IMG/VR virus record: IMGVR_UViG_3300048591_000573
Coordinates: 1 to 25,209 of that record
Source of the DNA: a virus
Lineage: Duplodnaviria; Caudoviricetes
Direction: 5' to 3' (one strand)
Length of the DNA stretch: 25,209 nucleotides
Positions 15,015 through 23,143 of the stretch are shown here, one piece after another (position 1 is the stretch's first letter; each line of letters opens with the position of its first letter). A model generated the notes under the pieces. That model was not told where the DNA came from. It saw nothing but the letters and a program-made list of their open reading frames with translations, and did no database searches. The position numbers and the translations under genes were made by a program.

Positions 15015-15496
15015 GCATCGGTAATTTCGGGTTGTATCGTCAGGACGGTCGCCTTCGCGGCTCGTACGTGTACATGCTGCTGTGCAGGGACGACGGCCCG
15101 ATTTACGTGAAGGTCGGGATTACCGACCGCCCAGATAGTCGGCTGCTGGCGCTGCGGCTCGGGTGCCCGGTGGTTCCGCGGCAGTTCTGCACCATGGAGG
15201 TGGTGTCCAGGCGAAAAGCTCGTGCAATCGAAATCGATCTGCACGCGGCGTTCGGGCAGTGGGCGGCGCACGGCGAGTGGTTCAAAGTCGATACGAGCCA
15301 CAAGGCGGAATTCAACGAGGCATGGAAGCAGGTGCTTGCCCGCCACGTCATGTCCGGGTGGCCCGCCGCCTGGTCGCGAGTCGCCGTTCAGCCAGTCATC
15401 GACGCGAAGCAGCGCGCGAGCAAATATCGACGCAAGGTTCTCAGGCAGCGCGGTCCGGCATATCGAGATTTCACGAGGGACGCTAGAAACCATTGA
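15011..15496 (+). CDS. GIY-YIG nuclease (T5orf172/MUG113-like)
   Basis: YVY....YVKVGIT..P..RL..L..G.P, E..LH..F......GEWF. Confidence 0.85.
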   Translation: MSIGNFGLYRQDGRLRGSYVYMLLCRDDGPIYVKVGITDRPDSRLLALRLGCPVVPRQFCTMEVVSRRKARAIEIDLHAAFGQWAAHGEWFKVDTSHKAEFNEAWKQVLARHVMSGWPAAWSRVAVQPVIDAKQRASKYRRKVLRQRGPAYRDFTRDARNH

Positions 15497-15533
15497 CGCT
15501 GTGCGGACAGTTCTGTATCTAACGACCTATCTT
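15493..15533 (+). promoter_or_regulatory. Late promoter pR' with a -10-like pause element
   Basis: TTGACG (15493-15498), 17 bp, TATCTA (15516-15521), repeated as TATCTT 12 nt later (15528-15533); immediately followed by terminators. Confidence 0.6.
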
Positions 15534-15566
15534 GGGGCTGGCATTTGTGCCGGCCCCCTTTCATTT
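15534..15566 (+). terminator. Intrinsic terminator (tR'-like)
   Basis: GGGGCTGGCA-TTTG-TGCCGGCCCC stem followed by CTTTCATTT. Confidence 0.7.
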
Positions 15567-15613
15567 GTGTAGTCCGGCCCCCTGTTGCCGTCATCTCCCG
15601 ACGTCAACGTCTT

Positions 15614-15640
15614 CGCCGCCTTCGGGCGGCGTTTTTTCTT
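15614..15640 (+). terminator. Intrinsic terminator
   Basis: CGCCGCC-TTCG-GGCGGCG stem with a UUCG loop, followed by TTTTTTCTT. Confidence 0.88.
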
Positions 15641-15722
15641 CCCGGTCCCGATCAGGACACGCCACAGCTTGTCTCCTGAAACCTGAGCCTGCGCTCGGGA
15701 CCGGATCTATTGCGAGGTCAGC

Positions 15723-16514
15723 ATGCGCACCTTCAGCCCGCCGTTCAGGATCTTCCTGGCTGCCCTGTTCCTGCTGTCATTCAGCGGGCCTCTGCTGGCC
15801 GCCCCGACGGTCTCCCTGACGGCCTCGCCCTCGACGGGCGTCGGATCGGCAGATGTGACGCTGACCTGGTCGAGCACCGGTGCAGCCTCGTGCGTCGCAT
15901 CGGGTGCATGGTCGGGCGCCAAGGCCACCACGGGAACGCAGGTAGTGAGCGGCGTCACAGCGACCTCGACGTTCACCCTGACGTGCACCGAGGGCAGCGC
16001 CAGTGCAGTGCTCACCTGGACGCCACCGACCCAGAACACCGACGGCTCAGCCCTGACCAACCTGGCGAGCTACAAGATCTACCACGCTGCGACCAGTGCA
16101 GGCGTGGCCGCTGCTACCCCGACGACTGTTGCCGCCCCGGCGACGACCTTCACCGTGACGGGCCTGGCTGCGGGTACGCGCCACTTCGGCATCAAGGCCG
16201 TGAACGCAGCGGGCATCGAGTCGGATATGTCGAACCTGGCCAGCAAGGCGATCGTCCTGGCATCGGCAGCCACGAGCGCGACTGTGACCATCTCCACGAA
16301 GCCGAATGCTCCGACCCTGCTGACGGTCGACCAAGTGGCCCGGCTGTGGCTGTTCGACAATCCCTCGATGGTAGCCGGCAAGATCGCCTTGGGCGTCGAA
16401 TGCGGCGAGGTCAAGCAGGGCCAGTGGGCCAAGGTTGACCGCGACGACGTGCGGCTCAACTTCTGGGGCAAGCTGGTGCGCGGGACTGTCGTCGCGAAGT
16501 GCGCCGCCGCCTGA
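15723..16514 (+). CDS. Secreted Ig-like/fibronectin type III domain protein
   Basis: GAGG RBS; Sec signal ending LLA-AP; LTWSS.GA..C.ASG.WSG and F.LTC Ig-like repeat; LTW.PPT.NTDGS.LTNL..YKIY...GL..G...F.I.AVN..G.ES..SN Fn3 motif. Confidence 0.82.
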   Translation: MRTFSPPFRIFLAALFLLSFSGPLLAAPTVSLTASPSTGVGSADVTLTWSSTGAASCVASGAWSGAKATTGTQVVSGVTATSTFTLTCTEGSASAVLTWTPPTQNTDGSALTNLASYKIYHAATSAGVAAATPTTVAAPATTFTVTGLAAGTRHFGIKAVNAAGIESDMSNLASKAIVLASAATSATVTISTKPNAPTLLTVDQVARLWLFDNPSMVAGKIALGVECGEVKQGQWAKVDRDDVRLNFWGKLVRGTVVAKCAAA

Positions 16515-16678
16515 CGGAAACCGATCTGCACCTGATCTGGCTGGACGGCCGCGCGCCTTCCGCGGCTTTGGTCGAAGACTACGAGCGCGACTTCTCTGCA
16601 TCACCGATCGGGCGCTGGGTCGAGCGCAGGCCGAAGCGACGCAGGCAAGCCAGACCGCAGGTGAAGGACAAACGCTGA
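16499..16678 (+). CDS. 59-aa hypothetical basic protein
   Basis: GTG start overlapping the end of the Fn3 gene; TGATG coupling downstream; below the ORF-track cutoff. Confidence 0.45.
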   Translation: MRRRLTETDLHLIWLDGRAPSAALVEDYERDFSASPIGRWVERRPKRRRQARPQVKDKR

Positions 16679-16887
16679 TGGGATGCGGCTGTGCAGAACG
16701 CAGACAGAAGCTCGTCAAGTGGCTCGAACGGCAAGAGCAGCGACGCCTCGCCCGGCTCGTGCAGCGATTGCCAGCGCCTCATAGCCAGCCTGACCCGGCA
16801 AGCGGAAGCGATGGAGAGGCTGGCGGATCTGCTGCCCCAGCTGGTAGCGGTCAACCAGGCACTGCTCGAAGCGATGGCCGCGGATGA
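16678..16887 (+). CDS. Small MGCGCAERR-type phage protein
   Basis: ATG coupled to the upstream TGA; AAGGA RBS; this N-terminal pattern is recalled from genes upstream of packaging HNH genes. Confidence 0.5.
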   Translation: MGCGCAERRQKLVKWLERQEQRRLARLVQRLPAPHSQPDPASGSDGEAGGSAAPAGSGQPGTARSDGRG

Positions 16888-16921
16888 CGAGCAGGGCGAT
16901 GGCGAGCCTCAGTACCTTTGA
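16691..16921 (+). CDS. Small coiled-coil protein with an acidic tail, overlapping the previous ORF
   Basis: L..Q..AM.RLA.....NQALL.AMA..D.....PQYL pattern recalled from genes just before HNH/terS; start uncertain. Confidence 0.55.
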   Translation: MQNADRSSSSGSNGKSSDASPGSCSDCQRLIASLTRQAEAMERLADLLPQLVAVNQALLEAMAADDEQGDGEPQYL

Positions 16922-16935
16922 CGGACTGATGAGCA

Positions 16936-17304
16936 GTGCCAAAGGCGCCGCCCGTTCATAAGCCCTTCGGCAAGCGCCGAGTCGCAACATCGCAGCGAAA
17001 GGATGATGCGGGCGCGAGGCTCACGCGCAAGGTGCACAACTCTGCACGCTGGCGCTACCAGGTGCAGCCGATGCAGCTCAGACATCATCCCCTGTGCTGC
17101 ATGTGCCAGGCCGAAGGCAGGGTCGAGGCAGCCAAGCACGTCGACCACATCCGGCCGCTGCGTGACGGTGGTGCAGCGTTCGATCCGTCGAACCTTCGCA
17201 GCCTTTGCCATGCACACCACTCGTCTGTGACACGCCAATGGCAGAACCAGCGAGGCGATCAGGAGTCGTCTGCGGCGCCCGCCCCGGCCTATGTCATCGC
17301 ATAG
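16936..17304 (+). CDS. Packaging-associated HNH endonuclease (HK97 gp74-like)
   Basis: RW......L..HPLC..C...GR..AA..VDHI.P...GG...D..NL.SLC..HHS..T; immediately before cos and terS. Confidence 0.9.
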   Translation: MPKAPPVHKPFGKRRVATSQRKDDAGARLTRKVHNSARWRYQVQPMQLRHHPLCCMCQAEGRVEAAKHVDHIRPLRDGGAAFDPSNLRSLCHAHHSSVTRQWQNQRGDQESSAAPAPAYVIA

Positions 17305-17380
17305 GGCAGGGGGGGCGGTCCGAGACTTTTTCTGGTCGGTCGGACGAGCGCGCCCCCAGGACGATTTTTGCACTTCCGAA
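17305..17380 (+). other. cos: Candidate cos region (core GCGCCCCCA at 17350-17358)
   Basis: Lies in the HNH-terS intergenic gap with a G-run and flanking T-tracts. The 9-mer matches, from memory, the 3' cohesive end reported for Pseudomonas phage D3. Confidence 0.6.
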
Positions 17381-17402
17381 ATAGGATCTCCGGTTCGCAC
17401 TT

Positions 17403-17813
17403 ATGGCGAGGCCCCGCACACCATCCAACGTCCTCGAGCTCCGGGGGTCGTTCAAGACGCACCCCGAGCGACGTCGTGAGGACGCCGAGGGCGCCGCCCC
17501 GTGGTCCGATGAGCCTCCCGAACACCTGACCGGCCCGGAAATCGCCGCCTGGCGCGAGGTGGTCGCCTCGCTGCCGAAGGTGGCGGTCTCCTCGAGCGAG
17601 CGATTCGGAATCGCACAGATGGCCCGACTATGGGCGACGCTGAAGACGACCCACCCGTCATCGCCGGATTTTAAGAAGCTCGACGACAGCTTCCGGCAGT
17701 GGGCGATCCAGATGGGCATGACCCTACAGGCCAGGACGAAACTCGGCACCAGTGGCGACAAGAGCGAAGGCAACAAGTTCGCGAAGTTCAAGGCGAGCGC
17801 AGAAACCGGCTGA
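17403..17813 (+). CDS. terS: Terminase small subunit
   Basis: MARPRTP..VLELRG.F..HP.R, PPEHL, W, and GMT...R.K motifs; precedes terL. Confidence 0.88.
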   Translation: MARPRTPSNVLELRGSFKTHPERRREDAEGAAPWSDEPPEHLTGPEIAAWREVVASLPKVAVSSSERFGIAQMARLWATLKTTHPSSPDFKKLDDSFRQWAIQMGMTLQARTKLGTSGDKSEGNKFAKFKASAETG

Positions 17814-19473
17814 TTACGTCGCGGTCGCGATCGCCTATGCGGAGACGGTCGTCGAGGATCGTCGCGGCCAACGCTACGGCAGATGGGCCCGCCTCGCGGC
17901 CCGGCGGTTCCTCGCTGACCTGAAGCGGGCCCGCCGCAAGCGCCCGCCGTTCAGCTGGTCACCCGACCAGGCGAACGCGGCCTGCGGGTTCATCGAGCAG
18001 CTGCCGCACGTCGAGGGCGTGTGGGAGTCGCCGACGATCACGCTCGAGCCTGCCCAGGTGTTCTTCCTGTGCAACCTGTTCGGGTTCCGCAACCCCGACG
18101 GGTCGCGGCGGTTCACGACGGCCCTGTTCGCCGTGGCCCGCAAGAATGCGAAATCGGCCCTGGCTGCGGCGATCCTGCTGTACGTGTTCTGCACGGAGCC
18201 GGAGGTCGGCCCGCAGGTGCTCTCGGCCGCCACGACCGGCGACCAGGCGCGGATCGTCTGGGGTGTGGCGAAGCGCATGGTCGAGAAGACGCCGGACCTG
18301 CGGGAGGCGTTCACGCTCGAGCCATTCGCCAACGCGATCGCGCGCTACGAGGTCGGCGGCACGTTCCGCCCGATCAACGCAAAGGCCTCGACGCAGGACG
18401 GCCTGAACCCGTCGGCGCTGTGCTTCGACGAGCTCCACGCGCACAAGACGCGCGACCTGTTCGACGTGCTGCGCTCGGCAGCCGGCGCCCGAAAGTCGCC
18501 GCTGTTCCTGTACACGACGACCGAGGGCTTCGAGACCCCGGGCCCCTGGCCGGAGGTGCGGACGTTCGCCTTCCAGGTGCTGCAGGGCGTCGTCGAGGCG
18601 GATCACTTCCTCGCGGTCTACTACGCCCTGGACGAGGCCGACGACGACTTCGACGAATCGAAGTGGGGCAAGGCGAACCCGCTGCTCGACGTGTCGGTCA
18701 GCCTTTCGGAGCTGCGCAAATACGCGATCGAGGCGAAGCAGCAGCCGTCGGCGCTGGCCGAGTTCCGCATCAAGCGGCTGAACCGCCAGGCGTCGTCGGC
18801 CGAGGGGCATATCAACCTGCTGCGCTGGCAAAAGTGCGCCGGCGCGGTCGATCTCGAGGCGATGGTCGGCGAGCCCTGCTGGGCGGCATTCGACCTCGCG
18901 AGCACACGGGACATGACCGCCTGGCGGCTCCTGTGGCTGAAGGACGAGATCTGGTGGACGTGGGGCCGGTGTTGGGTGCCGGAGCACGCGGTCGCGCAGC
19001 GGAACGAGCGTGGGACGGTTCGGTATGCCCCATGGGTAGCGTCGGGTCACCTGACGGTCACCGAGGGCGACGTGACGGACTTCCGGGTGATCGAGCGCGA
19101 GATCCTCGAGGACTGCGCCCGGTTCAATCCCCGGAAGATCGCCTACGACCCGTGGAACGCCTCGCAGCTGGTGAACCAGCTCACCGAGCACCGTCTGCCG
19201 CTCGAACAGTTCCGCCAAGGTCCGCAATCGTACAACCCGGCCATGCAGGCGCTCGACCGGGCCTACACCGCCGGCAACTTCCGCCATGGCGGCGACCCGA
19301 TCCTGCAGTGGAATGCAGCCAACCTGGTCGCGCGGCGGGACGTGAATATGAACATGGCGCCGGATCGCAAGCGCAGCGCCGAGAAGATCGACGCGATCGT
19401 AGCGCTGCTGATGGCGTTCGGCGTGGCGTCCGTGCCGGAAGAGCGGCGCGAGTACGAGGCCTTTTTCCTCTGA
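17752..19473 (+). CDS. terL: Terminase large subunit
   Basis: Walker A VARKNAKS, Walker B CFDELHAH, motif III TT.G, ANP, nuclease FDLAS..D, YDPWN and KID..VAL.MA. Confidence 0.96.
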   Translation: MATRAKATSSRSSRRAQKPADYVAVAIAYAETVVEDRRGQRYGRWARLAARRFLADLKRARRKRPPFSWSPDQANAACGFIEQLPHVEGVWESPTITLEPAQVFFLCNLFGFRNPDGSRRFTTALFAVARKNAKSALAAAILLYVFCTEPEVGPQVLSAATTGDQARIVWGVAKRMVEKTPDLREAFTLEPFANAIARYEVGGTFRPINAKASTQDGLNPSALCFDELHAHKTRDLFDVLRSAAGARKSPLFLYTTTEGFETPGPWPEVRTFAFQVLQGVVEADHFLAVYYALDEADDDFDESKWGKANPLLDVSVSLSELRKYAIEAKQQPSALAEFRIKRLNRQASSAEGHINLLRWQKCAGAVDLEAMVGEPCWAAFDLASTRDMTAWRLLWLKDEIWWTWGRCWVPEHAVAQRNERGTVRYAPWVASGHLTVTEGDVTDFRVIEREILEDCARFNPRKIAYDPWNASQLVNQLTEHRLPLEQFRQGPQSYNPAMQALDRAYTAGNFRHGGDPILQWNAANLVARRDVNMNMAPDRKRSAEKIDAIVALLMAFGVASVPEERREYEAFFL

Positions 19474-19482
19474 GGTAACCCG

Positions 19483-20064
19483 ATGGATCGCGCATACAGC
19501 CAGTTCGAAGTGAAGGCGATCGATGACGCCGAGGAGCGCATCGTCACGGGCATCGCCTCGAGCATCAGCGCCGATCGCATGAGCGACGTCGTGGTGCCGG
19601 CGGGGGCCAAGTTCGTGCTGCCGTTGCCGCTGCTGCACCAGCACCGCCGCGACGCACCGATCGGCGAGGTGTTCGAAGCCTCGGTCACCGGCAAGCGGAT
19701 TACCGTGAAGGCGCGCATCGCGAAGGACAGCGGCCTCGACTACGTCGAAACCGCCTGGAAGCAGATCAAGGCGAAGCTCGTGAAGGGCTTCTCGATCGGC
19801 TTTCGCTCGCTCAAGCACGAGCCGATCGACCCCGAGCGCCCGTGGGACGGCTACAAGTTCCTGGAATGGGAGTGGCTTGAGCTCAGCGCCGTGACGATCC
19901 CGGCCAACGCCGACGCCACCATCCAGACCATCAAGATGTACGACTCTGCTGCGCGGGCCGCGACTGGCCAGGCGCGCGGCGGGGTCATTCTCGTGCCCGG
20001 CGTTTCGGGCGAACCCTCCACCGTCAAGCGCGGTGGCATCCCCCTGATTCCCCGAGGTAAGTGA
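19483..20064 (+). CDS. HK97-family prohead protease
   Basis: DR..D.V...G, PLL.QH....PIG, GFSIGF, ELSAVTIPAN..A. Confidence 0.95.
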   Translation: MDRAYSQFEVKAIDDAEERIVTGIASSISADRMSDVVVPAGAKFVLPLPLLHQHRRDAPIGEVFEASVTGKRITVKARIAKDSGLDYVETAWKQIKAKLVKGFSIGFRSLKHEPIDPERPWDGYKFLEWEWLELSAVTIPANADATIQTIKMYDSAARAATGQARGGVILVPGVSGEPSTVKRGGIPLIPRGK

Positions 20065-20065
20065 A

Positions 20066-21469
20066 ATGAAGACGGTTACCGACCAGATCAAGGATCTGGA
20101 AAACACCCGCGCGGCGAAGGTCGCCCGGATGGAGGAGGTCTCGCGCAAGTCGATCGACGAAGGTCGTTCGATGGACGAGGCCGAGGCCGATGAGTTCGAC
20201 AGCATCGAAGTCGAGATGAAGGCCCTCGACGCCGACCTGGTGCGCCTGCGCCGGCTCGAGCAGCTGACCGGCCAGCGTGCCAAAGCCGTGAGCCAGGAGC
20301 CGACGGCGAAGGCCGCCGGCGAGTCCCGCGGTGCGGGTCCGGCCATCATCGTCAACCGCGAGGCCGACGAGAAGTTCCGCGGCCAGAACTTCACCCGCAA
20401 GGTGATCGCCCGCACGCTCGCGCAGCTCGAGAACGAGAGCCTCGGCGGCGAGGTTCGCACGGCGGCCGACATCGCCCAGCAGCGCTGGGGCCGCAGCAAC
20501 CCGCAGCTCGTCGAGGTGATCCGCGCCGGTGTGGCCGGTCACGGGTCGGGCAGCGGCGAGCCGGGCGCGGAGCTCGTCTCGGCGGACAACCGCTACACGG
20601 GCGACTTCATCGAGTACCTGTACGGCATGACGGTGTACAACCGTCTGGGCCTGCGTGAGGTGCCGGCGAACGTCGCGATCAAGGGCCAGGACGGCGCGGC
20701 GACGGGCTACTGGGTGGGTGAGAACCGCCCGATCCCGGTGACCAAGGGCGACTTCAGCTCGGTCAGCCTGACCCCGCTGAAGGTGGCGGCCTTGGCTGCG
20801 GCCTCGATCGAGCTGTTCCGGGATTCGAGCCCGTCGGCGGAAATGCTGATCCGTGACGCGCTCGTGAACGCTGCCGTGCAGCGCATCGACACCACGTTCG
20901 CGGGCGCTGGCGTGGCCGTGTCGGGCGTGTCGCCGGCGGGCATCCTGAACGGTGTCAGCGCGTCGAACTCTTCGGGCATCGACGGCGATGCGCTGCGGGC
21001 GGACGTGAAGGCGCTCTACAGCGGCTTCATCTCGGCGAAGAACGCAACGGGCCTCACGTTCCTGATGAACCCGTCGCTCGCGAAGAGCATCCAGCTGCTG
21101 ACGAACGCCCTCGGCCAGTCCGAGTTCCCGGGCATCACCGCCACCGGCGGCACGCTGCTCGGCGACCCGGTCGTGACCGGCGACAACGTCGGCGCGCAGC
21201 ACTTCATTCTCCTCAAGCCGAGCGACATCTATCGCATCGGCGCGATGGGGGTCGAGGTGGCGCTTTCGCGCGATGCGACGATCGAGATGGACACGGCACC
21301 GACCGGCGAGGGCGACACGCCCACCGCGCAGTCGGCGTCGATGGTCTCGATGTTCCAGGCGGGCATGGTGGCGCTGCGAGTGTTGGTCCCGATCAACTTC
21401 GCCAAGCGTCGCTCGACCGCAGTCGCGTTCGTCAACAACGCGCACTACGGCACGGCCGGCAGCCCGTAA
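20066..21469 (+). CDS. HK97-fold major capsid protein
   Basis: N-terminal coiled-coil delta domain, FIEYL, YWVGE..PIP, KVAAL...S.EL...SSP.AE, PAGILN, GTLLG.PV, SMFQ....A.R. Confidence 0.95.
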   Translation: MKTVTDQIKDLENTRAAKVARMEEVSRKSIDEGRSMDEAEADEFDSIEVEMKALDADLVRLRRLEQLTGQRAKAVSQEPTAKAAGESRGAGPAIIVNREADEKFRGQNFTRKVIARTLAQLENESLGGEVRTAADIAQQRWGRSNPQLVEVIRAGVAGHGSGSGEPGAELVSADNRYTGDFIEYLYGMTVYNRLGLREVPANVAIKGQDGAATGYWVGENRPIPVTKGDFSSVSLTPLKVAALAAASIELFRDSSPSAEMLIRDALVNAAVQRIDTTFAGAGVAVSGVSPAGILNGVSASNSSGIDGDALRADVKALYSGFISAKNATGLTFLMNPSLAKSIQLLTNALGQSEFPGITATGGTLLGDPVVTGDNVGAQHFILLKPSDIYRIGAMGVEVALSRDATIEMDTAPTGEGDTPTAQSASMVSMFQAGMVALRVLVPINFAKRRSTAVAFVNNAHYGTAGSP

Positions 21470-21482
21470 TCCACGGGCATTG

Positions 21483-21514
21483 AGGCGGGCCGGGGTCACT
21501 CCCGGCCCGCTTTT
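21483..21514 (+). terminator. Intrinsic terminator/attenuator after the capsid gene
   Basis: GCGGGCCGGG-GTCACT-CCCGGCCCGC followed by TTTT. Confidence 0.8.
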
Positions 21515-21525
21515 CAGGAGGACTC

Positions 21526-21759
21526 ATGCCACTGCGCACGACCCGGGCATTTTCAATTGGTGGCCGCCGCTACAAGGCGGGCGAGCCGATCGAGCTCGCC
21601 GGCAAGCACCTGCGGCTGTTCCAGGCGATCGGCTACGTCGAGTACGGCCCCGAGGAGTACCAGGCGGAGGCGATCCAGCCCGAGCCCGAGATCGTCGAGG
21701 CGCCCGCCCCGCAGCCCCGCCGCAACTATCGGCGGCGCGACATGAAGGCCGGGGAATAA
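21526..21759 (+). CDS. Small head-region protein
   Basis: AGGAGG RBS; Y..G..IE and L...G N-terminal pattern; Y.RRDM.A tail. Confidence 0.8.
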   Translation: MPLRTTRAFSIGGRRYKAGEPIELAGKHLRLFQAIGYVEYGPEEYQAEAIQPEPEIVEAPAPQPRRNYRRRDMKAGE

Positions 21760-21763
21760 CCCT

Positions 21764-23143
21764 GTGAAGCTGACCCAACGGCTGGCGAAGGTGCTCGCGA
21801 AGGCGGCGACGTACCTGTCTCCGCCGTTCGACCGCGGCTCCTGGTTCACGGTCTATGACAGCCGCGCGGGCTCGTTCCAGCAGGCCTCGCCGATCACGAC
21901 CGAGTCGGTGCTCGCGTTCCACGCGGTCTATGCCTGCATCACGCTGATCTCGAACGACATCGGCAAGCTGCGCATCAAGCTCGTGGAGCGTTCCACGGGG
22001 AACATCTGGCAGGAGACCGAGAGCGCATCGTTCTCGCCCGTGCTCCGCAAGCCGAATCACTACCAGAACCACATCCAGTTCAAGGAGTGGTGGATCCTCT
22101 CGAAGCTGACATGGGGCAACGCCTACGCGCTCAAGGTGCGCGACGGCCGCGGCCTGGTCACCTCGCTCTACCTGCTCGACCCGAATCGCTGCTGGCCGCT
22201 CGTGGCGCCGACTGGCGAGGTGTTCTACCGGATCGACAGCGATAACCTCTCCGGCGTCGAGGAGCAGGTCGTCGTCCCGGCGAGCGAGATCATCCACGAC
22301 CGGATGAACTGCCTGTTTCACCCGCTGGTCGGCCTCTCGCCGATCTTCGCCTGCGGGCTCGCGGCCCAGCAAGGCCTCGCGATCCAGAACAACTCCTCGA
22401 AGTTCTTCGAGAACATGAGCCGGCCGAGCGGCATCCTGACCGCGCCTGGCGCGATCTCGAAGGAAACCGCCGAGCGCCTGAAGACGCAGTGGGAGGCGAA
22501 CTACGGCGGCGACAACATCGGCAAGGTGGCCGTCCTGGGTGACGCGCTCAAGTACGAGGCGCTGTCGGTCAACCCGGTCGACGCGCAGATCGTCGAGCAA
22601 CTCAAGATGACCGCCGAGGTCGTCTGCTCGACGTTCCATGTGCCGCCGTTCAAGGTCGGCGTCGGCTCGATGCCCACCTACCAGAACGCCGAAATCCTCA
22701 ACCAGATCTACTACAGCGACTGCCTGCAGAGCCTGATCGAGCAGATGGAGCTGTGCCTGGATGAAGGCCTCGGCCTGGCCTCGCCGAAGGACGGCCGGCT
22801 GATGGGTGTGGAGCTCGACCTCGACCAGCTGCTCCGCATGGACAGCGCGACGATGGTCAAGACGCTGGGCGAGGGCGTGAACCGGGCGATCTACTCGCCG
22901 AACGAGGCACGCCAGCGGCTCGACCTGCCGCCGGTCGAGGGCGGCGAGAGCCCGCTGATGCAGCAGCAGAACTACAGCCTGGCTGCGCTTGCGAAGCGTG
23001 ACGCCGGCGAGGATCCGTTCGGTAAGGCGGCCACATCCGCGCCCACGCCCATTGACGAGCCGGCCGATGACGATTCAGAGGACGAGCGCGCTATCAAGGC
23101 CGCCGTCGAAAGAAAGATTGAGAAACGCAGGAAGGCCGCATGA
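21764..23143 (+). CDS. HK97-family portal protein
   Basis: AVYACI.LIS.DI.KL, PN.YQ, GNAY, EIIH.R, G.SP, FF.N..RPSGIL, Q..EQ, FHVPP.K, NEAR..L.LPP..GG. Confidence 0.95.
   Translation: MKLTQRLAKVLAKAATYLSPPFDRGSWFTVYDSRAGSFQQASPITTESVLAFHAVYACITLISNDIGKLRIKLVERSTGNIWQETESASFSPVLRKPNHYQNHIQFKEWWILSKLTWGNAYALKVRDGRGLVTSLYLLDPNRCWPLVAPTGEVFYRIDSDNLSGVEEQVVVPASEIIHDRMNCLFHPLVGLSPIFACGLAAQQGLAIQNNSSKFFENMSRPSGILTAPGAISKETAERLKTQWEANYGGDNIGKVAVLGDALKYEALSVNPVDAQIVEQLKMTAEVVCSTFHVPPFKVGVGSMPTYQNAEILNQIYYSDCLQSLIEQMELCLDEGLGLASPKDGRLMGVELDLDQLLRMDSATMVKTLGEGVNRAIYSPNEARQRLDLPPVEGGESPLMQQQNYSLAALAKRDAGEDPFGKAATSAPTPIDEPADDDSEDERAIKAAVERKIEKRRKAA

Noticed and set aside
17959-20499. 846-aa antisense ORF, and similar long ORFs such as 20024-21499 and 21524-22639 on the minus strand
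   Set aside because: These are shadow frames of terL, protease, capsid and portal caused by high GC3; they contain no motifs.
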